A stretch of DNA of 64,000 bases, taken from contig JBBRRY010000011.1 of the NCBI GenBank assembly GCA_038245905.1, positions 1 through 64,000 on the forward strand, given 5' to 3'. This document shows positions 1-9,143 of the stretch, piece by piece. The position numbers and the translations under genes are program-made. The notes beneath the pieces are model-generated. The model ran no database searches. It was not told the origin of the DNA and saw only the letters and a list, made by a program, of their open reading frames with translations. The stretch is from Thermoanaerobaculia bacterium. GTDB taxonomy: Bacteria > Acidobacteriota > Thermoanaerobaculia > UBA5066. How positions within the stretch are numbered: position 1 is the stretch's first letter; each line of letters starts with the position of its first letter.

Positions 1-1
1 C

Positions 2-1117
2 ATGAAGCCTCATCCGTCGATCCTGACGTTCGCGTCGTCGGCCGGTTGAGCCTGCAAGCTGGGTCAGTCTGACCTGGTGAAGCTGCTGGGTGCGTTGCCG
101 CGGGTTCACGACCCGCGTGCTCTCGTCGGATTCGAATCGTCCGACGACGCGGCCGTGTTTCGCCTCGGCGGGGCCGACGACCCGGATCCCGATACGCTGC
201 TCGCGACGACGGACTTCTTCACGCCGGTCGTGGACTCTCCCTTCGAATTCGGGCGCATCGCGGCCGCGAACGCCCTTTCGGACGTCTACGCGATGGGGGG
301 AGAGGCGCTCTTCGCCCTCAATGTCGTGGGCTTCCCGATGAAGGCCCTTCCGTTCGAGGTGCTCGGCGAGATCCTGCGCGGGGGCGCCGAGGTGGCGCGC
401 GACGCGGGCGTCCCGGTTCTCGGCGGCCACTCCACGGATTTCGACGTGCCGTTTTACGGGATGGCCGTCACGGGGCGCGTCCGGCTCTCGCGCCTCCGCC
501 GCAACGTGGGGGCGCGGTCCGGAGACGCCGTCGTTCTCACGAAGGCGGTAGGCACGGGAATCCTGACATCTGCGCTCCGGGCCCGCGTGCTGAGGGATGC
601 CTCGCTCTTTTCTGCCCTGAAGAAGGATGGGGGACCCTCGGAGGACGAAGAGCGCGCGGCGATCGCCTCGATGACGCGCCTGAACCGTCTGGCGGCGCGC
701 GCCGCCGACGGTTTTACGATTTCCGCGTGTACCGACGTAACGGGGTACGGGATTCTCGGACACCTCCGGGAGATGCTGGGGGGGGGCGGCGTCTCCGCGG
801 AGATCTCGGCGAGAGCCGTGCCGGTTCTCGCGGGCGCGCGCCGCCTCGCGGCTGCCGGGATCGCCCCCGATGGCACCCGCCGCAACCTCGCGGCGGCGCG
901 GCCCATCCTGGAGATCGCGCCGGGCGTGTCGGAGACCGATCTTCTCCTCCTCGCGGACGCGCAAACCTCGGGAGGCCTTCTCTTTGCTCTTCCTGTGGCC
1001 GGAGCGGAAGCCCTCGTGGCCGCTTTGCGCGCGGGTGGCGACACGGCCGCCGCCGTGGTGGGGCGCTTCCTCCCGGTCGGCGCCGTTCGCGCCGGGATCC
1101 TCCGCGTCGTACCCTGA
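2..1117 (+). CDS. selD: Selenide, water dikinase (selenophosphate synthetase), selenocysteine-containing
   Basis: ATG at 2 is in frame with the 77..1117 ORF through one TGA at 47-49, giving MKPHPSILTFASSAG-U-ACKLG (SelD G-C/U-x-x-K motif). The rest has SDDAAV, TDFFTPVVD, AAANALSDVYAMGG, GGHS, TDVTGYG and DAQTSGGLL. Confidence 0.93.
59..77 (+). promoter_or_regulatory. Putative bacterial SECIS hairpin
   Basis: CUGGGUCA-GUC-UGACCUGG stem-loop. The loop G lies 18 nt downstream of the in-frame UGA, as expected for a bacterial SECIS. Confidence 0.65.
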
Positions 1118-1147
1118 AGTCCCGAGAATCGAGGAAAGGAAGGTCCC

Positions 1148-1483
1148 ATGGCCGACGACACGAAGAGCGAAGATCACTGGGAAGGCGTCGCCCCCGCCGC
1201 GAACGAGTCGGAGGCCGCGCTCGTCGCGGGTTTCCTCGAGAGCCGGGGGATTCCGGCACGCGTCGTGGACCGGAGCTTTCATCAAACGCCGACCGAGAGC
1301 GAGGATCTCTCGCCGATCGAGGTCGGGGTGCCGGCGGCGCGCGCCGACGAGGCCCGGGCCGAGCTGAAGGCCCGCGAGCGGGCGTTCGCCAAGGATCCCG
1401 GATCCCCTTCCGACCTCCAGACGGACGAAGGGCCGAGGGACGTTCCTCCCGAAGGCGATGGCGGTCCGGGAAACCTTGGATAG
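1148..1483 (+). CDS. DUF2007-like small putative signal-transducing protein
   Basis: EAALVAGFLESRGIPA ... IEVGVPAARADEAR pattern. Purine-rich SD (GGAAGG) upstream. Confidence 0.65.
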   Translation: MADDTKSEDHWEGVAPAANESEAALVAGFLESRGIPARVVDRSFHQTPTESEDLSPIEVGVPAARADEARAELKARERAFAKDPGSPSDLQTDEGPRDVPPEGDGGPGNLG

Positions 1484-1507
1484 AATCCTCCCGGAGTTCG
1501 CGCACGC

Positions 1508-3634
1508 TTGAGCCCTGAACAGATCGGTCGCTACGTCATCCTGCGCACGCTGGGCCGGGGCGCCATGGGTATCGTGTACCTTGCGCGCGATCCCCAGATC
1601 GAGCGCGAGCTCGCCCTGAAGACGATCCGCTTCGACACGGCCGAGAAGAGTTTCGGCGCCGAAGAAGCGAAGGCGCGTTTTCTGAAGGAGGCGCGGATCT
1701 CGGGCCGCCTCCAGCACCCGCACATCGTGACGGTGTTCGACGTCGGCGAGGATCAGGGCACTCTTTACCTCGCGATGGAGTACGTCCAGGGTGGGAGCTT
1801 CTCGCAAGGCCTGGCCGACCCCGCGGGCTTCGCGATCCACGACCGGATCCGCGTCGTGGCCGAAGTGGCCGAAGCTCTCGCACACGCGCACGAGCGCGGG
1901 GTGCTGCACCGCGACGTGAAGCCCGCGAACATCCTGCTTTCTCCGACCCTTTCGGCGAAGGTCACGGACTTCGGGATCGGCAAGCTCCTCACGGGCGACA
2001 CGGAGCTCACGTCCACCGGCCAGATGGTGGGCTCGCCGGCCTACATGTCTCCCGAGCAGATCAAGGGCGAAAAGCTGGACGCCCGAACCGACATCTTCTC
2101 CCTCGGCATCGTCCTCTACCAGGCAATCACGCTCCGCAAGCCCTTCCCGGCCGACACCTTGACGACGCTTGTCTACCAGATTCTCCATGAGGAGCCGCCG
2201 GATCCGAACCTCGTGTCGAGCGATGTTCCCGACGGGTTGCGCGAGATCATCCAGAAATGCCTCGCGAAGGACCGCGCGAATCGCTATGCCGACGCGGGAG
2301 AGCTCGCGGGCGACCTGCGCGAGGTTCTGGGCTTTTCGCCGGTCGGATCGACGGCCGGATTCTCGGAGAGCAAGGTCAAGAAGGGGCGGCCCCCGTCGGG
2401 CATGCATCCGCCCATCGCGCCGCTGGCGCCGCCCCCCGGCGCTCCCCCCGGTGCGCTCTCGTCGAACGCGCCAACCGCCGCGATGCGCGTCTCGATGCCG
2501 GTCGGAAAGTCGGCCGAGGACGCGGTGACGTCCGCGCCGACGGTGGTGTCGATGCCGGCGGTGGCTCCTCCCGCGGCCCACGACCCGGACTCCGAGTCGC
2601 CCACGATCACGACCGGGCGCCGCATGGGCGAGGCCGTGGCGAAGGTGGCTGCTTCCGAAGGCGCGGCGGTCGCCGCGCCTTCGCCGGGTCCCAGGAAGAA
2701 GAAGCCTGTCTCTCCGCTCGTCCTCGGGGGCGGCCTCTTCGTCGTCGCCGCCGTCGTCCTCGGCGCTCTATCACTCTCGAAGAAGAGCGACACGGGAATC
2801 GACGGGGCGACGCCCGCCTCGACTCCCGCGCGCGTCGCCACGGCAGAGTCCGCGCCCGTTCCGCCGTCTCCGGCTCCGAAACCCGACAGAGCGGTGGTGC
2901 CGGCGACGGCCGGGCCCGCGGTCGCGGTCGTCGAGACTCCAGCCCCCGAGGGTATGCCGACGGCCGTGCCCGTGAAGAAGATCCGCGTCAAGCCGACGGC
3001 GGCTCCTTCCGAGGCGCCCGTCGTGGCCGTCCCGGCGGCGGCGAAGGCGGCGAAGGCGGCGAAGCCGGCGCAGAGGCCCGCCGACCTCACGGTCACGATC
3101 CGCCGCTTCCTCAAGATCGACGTCTCGCCGAGCCAGGCGCGCGTCTTTCTCGACGGGCGGTACATCGGCATCTCCGACGACTGGGACGACTCGGGCGGCG
3201 GATCGCTTCTCGCGTTCAACCTCGAGGGCGCCCACCGCCTCCGCATCTGCGCGCCGGAGTATCGCGATCTGATCGTCGATCTCATCGTGCGATCGACGGC
3301 CACGGACGACAGGGTCACGATCGACCGCGGCCTCGAGAAAGGGACCCCGGACGGTCCGACCGGCCCCGAGGGGAAGCTCAAGCGCCCAACCCACCGGACC
3401 GTGGGCGGCGCTGTCTTCAACGTCGATCCGCCGGACGCGATGGTCACGGTGAACGGGCGCGAGCTCGGGCCGGCGTCGAAGTTCGCGAAAGACGGGATTC
3501 AGTTCCAGGACATGGCCGTCTACGAGGTTCTCCTCTCCGCGCCCGGATACGAGTCGAAGTCGCTGCGCGTCCTCGTCGGGCCGACGGCCGGAGAGGTGCG
3601 CGCGAACATCAAGGAGAAGCTCAAGAAGATGTGA
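1508..3634 (+). CDS. Membrane Ser/Thr protein kinase with C-terminal PEGA-like domains
   Basis: [25 protein letters not shown]. Then a Pro/Ala linker, one TM helix and two PEGA-like segments ([12 protein letters not shown]; [12 protein letters not shown]). Confidence 0.9.
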   Translation: MSPEQIGRYVILRTLGRGAMGIVYLARDPQIERELALKTIRFDTAEKSFGAEEAKARFLKEARISGRLQHPHIVTVFDVGEDQGTLYLAMEYVQGGSFSQGLADPAGFAIHDRIRVVAEVAEALAHAHERGVLHRDVKPANILLSPTLSAKVTDFGIGKLLTGDTELTSTGQMVGSPAYMSPEQIKGEKLDARTDIFSLGIVLYQAITLRKPFPADTLTTLVYQILHEEPPDPNLVSSDVPDGLREIIQKCLAKDRANRYADAGELAGDLREVLGFSPVGSTAGFSESKVKKGRPPSGMHPPIAPLAPPPGAPPGALSSNAPTAAMRVSMPVGKSAEDAVTSAPTVVSMPAVAPPAAHDPDSESPTITTGRRMGEAVAKVAASEGAAVAAPSPGPRKKKPVSPLVLGGGLFVVAAVVLGALSLSKKSDTGIDGATPASTPARVATAESAPVPPSPAPKPDRAVVPATAGPAVAVVETPAPEGMPTAVPVKKIRVKPTAAPSEAPVVAVPAAAKAAKAAKPAQRPADLTVTIRRFLKIDVSPSQARVFLDGRYIGISDDWDDSGGGSLLAFNLEGAHRLRICAPEYRDLIVDLIVRSTATDDRVTIDRGLEKGTPDGPTGPEGKLKRPTHRTVGGAVFNVDPPDAMVTVNGRELGPASKFAKDGIQFQDMAVYEVLLSAPGYESKSLRVLVGPTAGEVRANIKEKLKKM

Positions 3635-3642
3635 GCGCGGGG

Positions 3643-4566
3643 TCAGGCGGGCCCCGCGAGAATGCGGAAGCCCGCGGCCTTCTTGATCGCCTCCTCGAGC
3701 CGCCTCGTCAGGACGAGCGCGATTCCCGCCAGAAGCGGCGCGCCTTGCGGTGCGCCCGAAGCCAGGAGCTCCTGAAAGACCGCGCGCGTCAGGACGTAGA
3801 CGACGGCGGGGCCGCCGTGGGCGTAGATGTCCGCCGACCGGGGTGCGTCGTCCACGAGCGCCATCTCGCCCGCGATGTCACCGCGGCGGAGAATCGCGAG
3901 GGCTTCCTCGCCTGCACCCGCGATCTCGAGCGAGACGCGGAGCCGGCCCTCGGCGAGAAGGAACGCTTCGTCTCCCCGCTCGCCCGCAGCGAGCAGCGCC
4001 GCCCCCGGAAGGACGGTCCGAGCCAAGAGGCCGAGCGAGGGCAGGAGAGCCGGGTCGAGGCCCGCGGCCTCGAAGAGGTCGCTGGCGCGCGCCGGGTCGA
4101 CCGGTCCATCCTCGATCGTGCCGGCGGCCGCGCGGACGTGAGGGGGCGGCGCCGACATCCCCTCGAAGAAGCGGCCGAGCGAGGCGTTCGCCTCGCGAAG
4201 GGCGGCCGAGAGGCTCGCGAGGGCGAGCCTGCGAAAAGCGCCGCCTGCGGCCCCCGGATCGAAGAGAAGGGCGCGCGCCTCCTCCGCGGGAAACCAGGCG
4301 CCCTCGCTGCCCGGTTCGGGCGCGACGCGCGCGACCCCCGGCGAGCCCCCGAAGGCCGCCCGGAGATCGAGTAGAACCGGAGCTTTAAGGCGGGCGACGG
4401 GATGCGGTCCGAAAGGAGTCTCGGCCAGAAGCGTCGCGCCCCCCGTGAGAAAGAGGTGCAGGGAGGCGGGCGCCGCGGTGTCTCTGAACTCGTCCCCTCC
4501 GGCGAAGCGCCGGCGGGGACGAGTGGCGGCGAGGCTCGCGGCGTCCGCGTCCCGGGGTCGGTCCAT
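3643..4566 (-). CDS. Cyclic nucleotide-binding domain protein
   Basis: C-terminal GERGDEAFLLAEG ... GEMALVDDAPRSAD cNMP-binding signature. No HTH seen. Confidence 0.75.
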   Translation of the reverse strand: MDRPRDADAASLAATRPRRRFAGGDEFRDTAAPASLHLFLTGGATLLAETPFGPHPVARLKAPVLLDLRAAFGGSPGVARVAPEPGSEGAWFPAEEARALLFDPGAAGGAFRRLALASLSAALREANASLGRFFEGMSAPPPHVRAAAGTIEDGPVDPARASDLFEAAGLDPALLPSLGLLARTVLPGAALLAAGERGDEAFLLAEGRLRVSLEIAGAGEEALAILRRGDIAGEMALVDDAPRSADIYAHGGPAVVYVLTRAVFQELLASGAPQGAPLLAGIALVLTRRLEEAIKKAAGFRILAGPA

Positions 4567-4643
4567 CGGGAGATTATCGCCGCCGTCTGAAGCATCGGTT
4601 CGGTTGACGCGGACGGGAGGGGGCCGTATCGTCCCGCGCGGCG

Positions 4644-5759
4644 ATGAGCGCTCCTTCCTCGGCCTCCCTCAAGCGCACGCCCCTCTGGGAAAGACACCGG
4701 GCCCTTGGCGGGAAGCTGGTGCCGTTCGGAGGGTGGGACATGCCCGTCGAGTATTCGGGGCTCGCCGAGGAGCACAGGGCGGTCCGGACGCGCGCGGGGC
4801 TCTTCGACGTGTCGCACATGGGCGAGATTCGCGTGCGCGGGCCGAAGGCGTTCGAAGCCGTCCAGCGCTTGACGTGCAACGACGTGGCGGCTCTCGACGA
4901 CGGCAAGATCCAGTACTCGGCCTTCCTCACCGAGAGAGGCACATTCGTCGACGATCTCCTCACGTACCGGATCGCCGACGACGACTATCTTCTCGTCGTG
5001 AACGCGTCGAACACGCCGAAGGACGTGGCGTGGGCGAAGGCGGCCGAGTGCCGGGGCGCGGCCGTCGAGGACGAGTCGCCGATCTGGGCGCAGCTCGCGC
5101 TTCAGGGGCCGCGCGCCGAGGCCATACTTCAGACGCTGACGGAGACTCCGCTCTCGAGAATCACGTATTACCGGTTCGAGTCGGGCAAGGTCCTGGGCGT
5201 GCCCGCGCTCCTCTCGCGCACGGGCTACACAGGAGAGGACGGCTTCGAGATCTATTTGCACCCGGATCATGCGGGCGACGTCTGGGACGCGATCCTGAAG
5301 GCGGGAGGGCCGCACGGGATCCTGCCCGCCGGTCTCGGCGCGCGCGACACGCTGCGGCTCGAGGCGGCGCTCGCGCTCTACGGAAACGACATCGACGACG
5401 AACATACGCCGTGGGAGGCGAACCTCGGCTGGATCGTGAAGATGAAGAAGGGCGATTTCAACGGCAAGGACGCCCTTGCGAAGCAGAAGCAGGCGGGCGT
5501 CGTTCGCCTGCTCACGGGCTTCGAGGTGACCGGGCGCGGGATCGCCCGCCATGGGTACCCTGTTTCGGTCGACGCCGCCTCGAAGCCGGTCGGCGTCGTG
5601 ACGTCGGGCACGCAGACGCCGACGGTGGGGAAGGCCATCGGCTTCGCGTACGTCCCCGCCGGCCGCGCCATCCCCGGCACGCCTCTCTCGATCGACGTGC
5701 GCGGCCGTTCCGTGGCGGCACACGTCGTGCCAACGCCGTTCTACAAGCGAAAGACCTGA
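4644..5759 (+). CDS. gcvT: Glycine cleavage system aminomethyltransferase T
   Basis: RTPL, FGGWDMPVEY, GLFDVSHMGE, SRTGYTGEDGFE, GLGARDTLRLEA. Confidence 0.96.
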   Translation: MSAPSSASLKRTPLWERHRALGGKLVPFGGWDMPVEYSGLAEEHRAVRTRAGLFDVSHMGEIRVRGPKAFEAVQRLTCNDVAALDDGKIQYSAFLTERGTFVDDLLTYRIADDDYLLVVNASNTPKDVAWAKAAECRGAAVEDESPIWAQLALQGPRAEAILQTLTETPLSRITYYRFESGKVLGVPALLSRTGYTGEDGFEIYLHPDHAGDVWDAILKAGGPHGILPAGLGARDTLRLEAALALYGNDIDDEHTPWEANLGWIVKMKKGDFNGKDALAKQKQAGVVRLLTGFEVTGRGIARHGYPVSVDAASKPVGVVTSGTQTPTVGKAIGFAYVPAGRAIPGTPLSIDVRGRSVAAHVVPTPFYKRKT

Positions 5760-5775
5760 GTCTCAGGAGAGGCAC

Positions 5776-6171
5776 ATGAGCGTTTATCCGGACGACCGCA
5801 AGTATTCACGGAGCCACGAGTGGATCCGCGTCGACGGCGACGTGGCGACGATCGGAATCAGCGACCATGCGCAAAAGGAGCTCGGGGAAGTCGTGTTCGT
5901 CGACATGCCCGACGTCGGCGAGATTTTCGACGCAGGCCAGGAATTCGGCACGATCGAGTCCGTGAAGGCGGTTTCGGAGGTCTTCCTGCCCGTCGCGGGC
6001 GAGGTCCTCGAAGTCAACAAGGTCCTCGCGGACGAGCCCGGAGCCGTGAACGAGGACCCGCATGGAGACGGCTGGCTTCTCAAGATCAAGCTCTCGTCGG
6101 ACGCCGAAATGGACTCCCTCTTCTCTGCGGCCGATTACGAAAAGTTCGTGGAAGAGGAAGCCAAGGCCTGA
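5776..6171 (+). CDS. gcvH: Glycine cleavage system H protein
   Basis: HEW, GISDHAQKELG, lipoyl motif IESVKAVSE, NEDPHGDGW. SD AGGAG. Confidence 0.96.
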   Translation: MSVYPDDRKYSRSHEWIRVDGDVATIGISDHAQKELGEVVFVDMPDVGEIFDAGQEFGTIESVKAVSEVFLPVAGEVLEVNKVLADEPGAVNEDPHGDGWLLKIKLSSDAEMDSLFSAADYEKFVEEEAKA

Positions 6172-6178
6172 TCGGCGG

Positions 6179-7540
6179 ATGCGCTACATCCCGAACAGCC
6201 CCTCCGAGCGGGAGTCCCTTCTCGCGACGGTGGGAGCGGCGTCCATCGACGAGCTCTTCGCGACGGTGCCGCGCGCCGTCTACATGAAAGAGCCTCCCGG
6301 TCTTCCCCCTCCGGCATCCGAGATCGAAGTGCGGCGGGACATGGGCCGGATGGCGGCGAAGAACGCGCACCTCGGCGACTGGACGTCGTTTCTGGGCGCC
6401 GGCCTCTACAGCCACCACGCGCCCGCCTTCGTCTCGCAGCTGCTCCTGCGCGGCGAGTTCCTGACGGCGTACACCCCGTACCAGCCCGAGGTCTCGCAGG
6501 GGACGCTCACGGCCATCTACGAGTTCCAGACGCACATCGCGCTTCTGACGGGAATGGACGTCGCGAACGCGTCGATGTACGAGGGCGCTTCGGCTTTCGT
6601 CGAAGCGGTCCTCATGGCCGAGCGCCTCACGAAGAAGAAGACGAAGGTCGTCGTCTCCGCCGGTATCCATCCCGAGTACAGGCAGTGCCTCCGCACGTAT
6701 CTCGTGAACTTCCCGTTCACGATCGTCGAGGTCCCTCTCGCCGCGGACGGCACGACGGATTCCGAAGCGCTCGCGGTCGCCGTGGACGACACGACGTTCG
6801 CCGTCTGCCTTCAATCTCCGAACGTGTTCGGCGTCGTCGAGGAATGGAAAGTCGCCGCCGGCCGTGCCCATGAGCACGGCGCCCTCGCGATTGGCGTCGT
6901 GAACGAGATGTTCTCCCTCGCGGTGCTCGAGGCGCCGGGCGCCTCGGGGATCGACATCGCCTGCGGAGAAGCGGCCTCGTTCGGCCTCGCGCCCTCGTTC
7001 GGCGGACCGCTCGTCGGATTTCTCGCGTGCCGCGATGCCGCGAAGCGCCAGATTCCCGGCCGCCTCGTGGGGCGCACGACGGACTCGGAAGGGCGTTTGG
7101 GTTTCTGCCTGACGCTTTCCACGCGTGAGCAGCACATCCGGCGCGAGAGGGCCACGTCGAACATCTGCACGAACCAGGGGCTGTTCGCCCTCGCGGCGAC
7201 CATGACGCTCTCCGTCCTCGGAAAGCAGGGCCTCCGCGAGACGGCGGTCCAGTGCCTGTCGAAGGCCGAATATCTCAAGGCGGGGGTCAAGGCGATCCCC
7301 GGCCCGTTCTCCGTCGCGTTCGCCGGTAGGACCTTCAACGAGTTCGCCCTCCATTGCGGCGTCCCGGTCGACGAGGTTCTCCGCCGAGCCGAGGAGCGGA
7401 AACTCCTCGCGGGTGTCCCCTACGCGCGCCTCGAACCCGCGTCCACTGCGCACCGGGACCTCCTTCTCGTCGCGGTGACCGAGCGAACGCCGCGGAGCGG
7501 GCTCGATGCTCTTCTCGACGTCCTGAGGTCCTTCTCATGA
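6179..7540 (+). CDS. gcvPA: Glycine dehydrogenase subunit 1
   Basis: Start MRYIPNS at 6179. FLGAG, TAYTPYQPEVSQG, NASMYEG, REQHIRRERATSNICTNQ. Confidence 0.95.
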   Translation: MRYIPNSPSERESLLATVGAASIDELFATVPRAVYMKEPPGLPPPASEIEVRRDMGRMAAKNAHLGDWTSFLGAGLYSHHAPAFVSQLLLRGEFLTAYTPYQPEVSQGTLTAIYEFQTHIALLTGMDVANASMYEGASAFVEAVLMAERLTKKKTKVVVSAGIHPEYRQCLRTYLVNFPFTIVEVPLAADGTTDSEALAVAVDDTTFAVCLQSPNVFGVVEEWKVAAGRAHEHGALAIGVVNEMFSLAVLEAPGASGIDIACGEAASFGLAPSFGGPLVGFLACRDAAKRQIPGRLVGRTTDSEGRLGFCLTLSTREQHIRRERATSNICTNQGLFALAATMTLSVLGKQGLRETAVQCLSKAEYLKAGVKAIPGPFSVAFAGRTFNEFALHCGVPVDEVLRRAEERKLLAGVPYARLEPASTAHRDLLLVAVTERTPRSGLDALLDVLRSFS

Positions 7541-9060
7541 GCGATCACGGAACTCTCGCCTCCGCGAAAGCGGATCCGCGGCTCGACCAGCGGCGGCGTT
7601 TCGGCTCGCTCTTCGACGCCGCCCGGCATGGCCGCACCGGCGTCCTTCTCCCGCCGCTCGACGTGCCCGAGGTCGATCCGGCCAGGCTCTACGGGAAGGC
7701 GCACCGAGACGGGGTCGCCGGCGAGGTGGAGGCTTCCGAGACCGACGTCGTGCGGCATTTCACGCGCCTCTCCCAGATGAACTTCGCGATCGACACGGCG
7801 CTTTACTCGCTCGGCTCGTGCACGATGAAGCACAACCCGCGGATCAACGAGGAGATCGCGCGGCTCGCGGGCTTCAACGACACGCATCCGTACGCGCCCG
7901 AGCACCTGTCGCAGGGCAATCTCGAGCTCATGTGGCGCCTCGAGGAGGCGCTGAAGGCGCTGACGGGCTTTTCACGCGTCACGCTGCAGCCCTCCGCGGG
8001 CGCGAACGGCGAGCTCACGGGCGCGCTGATGATTCGCGCCGCGCACGTCAAGGCCGGCAACGCGCGCAAGCACGTCCTCGTGCCCGATTCGGCGCACGGC
8101 ACGAACCCCGCGACGGCGCACTTCGCCGGCTACTCGGTGATCGAGCTCGCTTCCTCGTCGCGGGGGACCCTCGACCTCGCGGAGCTCGACGCGAAGCTGA
8201 CGGGCGAGGTCGCGGCGCTCATGATCACGGTTCCCAACACGCTCGGCGTCTTCGAGGAAAACATTCTCGAGATCGCGAAGCGGGTGCATGCCAAGGGTGC
8301 GTATCTCTATCTCGACGGCGCGAACTTCAACGCGTTCGTGGGGAAGGTGAGGCCGGCCGACATGGGCGTGGACGTCATGCACATGAACCTGCACAAGACG
8401 TTCTCGACGCCCCATGGCGGCGGAGGGCCCGGAGCGGGCCCGGTCGGCGTGGGCGCGTCCCTCGTGCCCTTTCTCCCGGTGCCCACGATCGAGAAGGCGG
8501 GCGAGGCATTCCGGCTGGATTTCGACCGGCCCGATTCGATCGGAAGAATGCGTACCTTCTACGGCAACTACGGCGTTCTCGTGCGCGCCCTGACGTACAT
8601 CCTGTCCTACGGGAGCTCGATCCACGAGGTGGCCGAGAACGCCGTTCTGAACGCGAACTACCTCCGCAAGCGGCTCGAGCCGTTCTACCACCTGAAGTAC
8701 GACGCGCCGAGCTACCACGAAGTCGTCTTCTCGGATCGCCGCCAGGTGGCGACCGGAGTGCACAACATCGACATCGCAAAGAGGCTCATGGACTTCGGAT
8801 TCCATCCGCCCACGATGTCCTTTCCGCTCATCGTGCCCGGCGCTCTCATGATCGAGCCCACCGAGACCGAGGGGAAGGACGAGCTCGACGCGTTCGCGGA
8901 CGCGATGATCGCGATCGCGAAGGAGTGCGAGACCTCCCCCGATCTCGTGACGTCCGCGCCCCACACGACGCCGGTCAGCCGGCTCGACGAGGCGGCCGCC
9001 GCGCGCGAGGCGTCGCGGCCGGGAAATTTCGCCCCCGTGCTGCGCGCCCCGGTGAAATAG
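7537..9060 (+). CDS. gcvPB: Glycine dehydrogenase subunit 2
   Basis: ATGA overlap with gcvPA. LGSCTMKHNP, SAHGTNPA, PLP lysine motif NLHKTFSTPHGGGGPG, IEPTETE. Confidence 0.95.
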   Translation: MSDHGTLASAKADPRLDQRRRFGSLFDAARHGRTGVLLPPLDVPEVDPARLYGKAHRDGVAGEVEASETDVVRHFTRLSQMNFAIDTALYSLGSCTMKHNPRINEEIARLAGFNDTHPYAPEHLSQGNLELMWRLEEALKALTGFSRVTLQPSAGANGELTGALMIRAAHVKAGNARKHVLVPDSAHGTNPATAHFAGYSVIELASSSRGTLDLAELDAKLTGEVAALMITVPNTLGVFEENILEIAKRVHAKGAYLYLDGANFNAFVGKVRPADMGVDVMHMNLHKTFSTPHGGGGPGAGPVGVGASLVPFLPVPTIEKAGEAFRLDFDRPDSIGRMRTFYGNYGVLVRALTYILSYGSSIHEVAENAVLNANYLRKRLEPFYHLKYDAPSYHEVVFSDRRQVATGVHNIDIAKRLMDFGFHPPTMSFPLIVPGALMIEPTETEGKDELDAFADAMIAIAKECETSPDLVTSAPHTTPVSRLDEAAAAREASRPGNFAPVLRAPVK

Positions 9061-9143
9061 ACGAGACGCGAACGGGATTCACCGCCGCCCGTCGGAACTA
9101 GAATCGCGGGCTCGCACCGTTCTCAGAGCCCGGAGCGCTGAAA

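Noticed and set aside
3035-3066. GCGAAGGCG tandem repeat
   Set aside because: In-frame AKA repeat in a low-complexity linker; no sign of a separate function.
4567-4643. Glycine riboswitch upstream of gcvT
   Set aside because: The gap is only 77 nt and contains no recognisable aptamer motifs.
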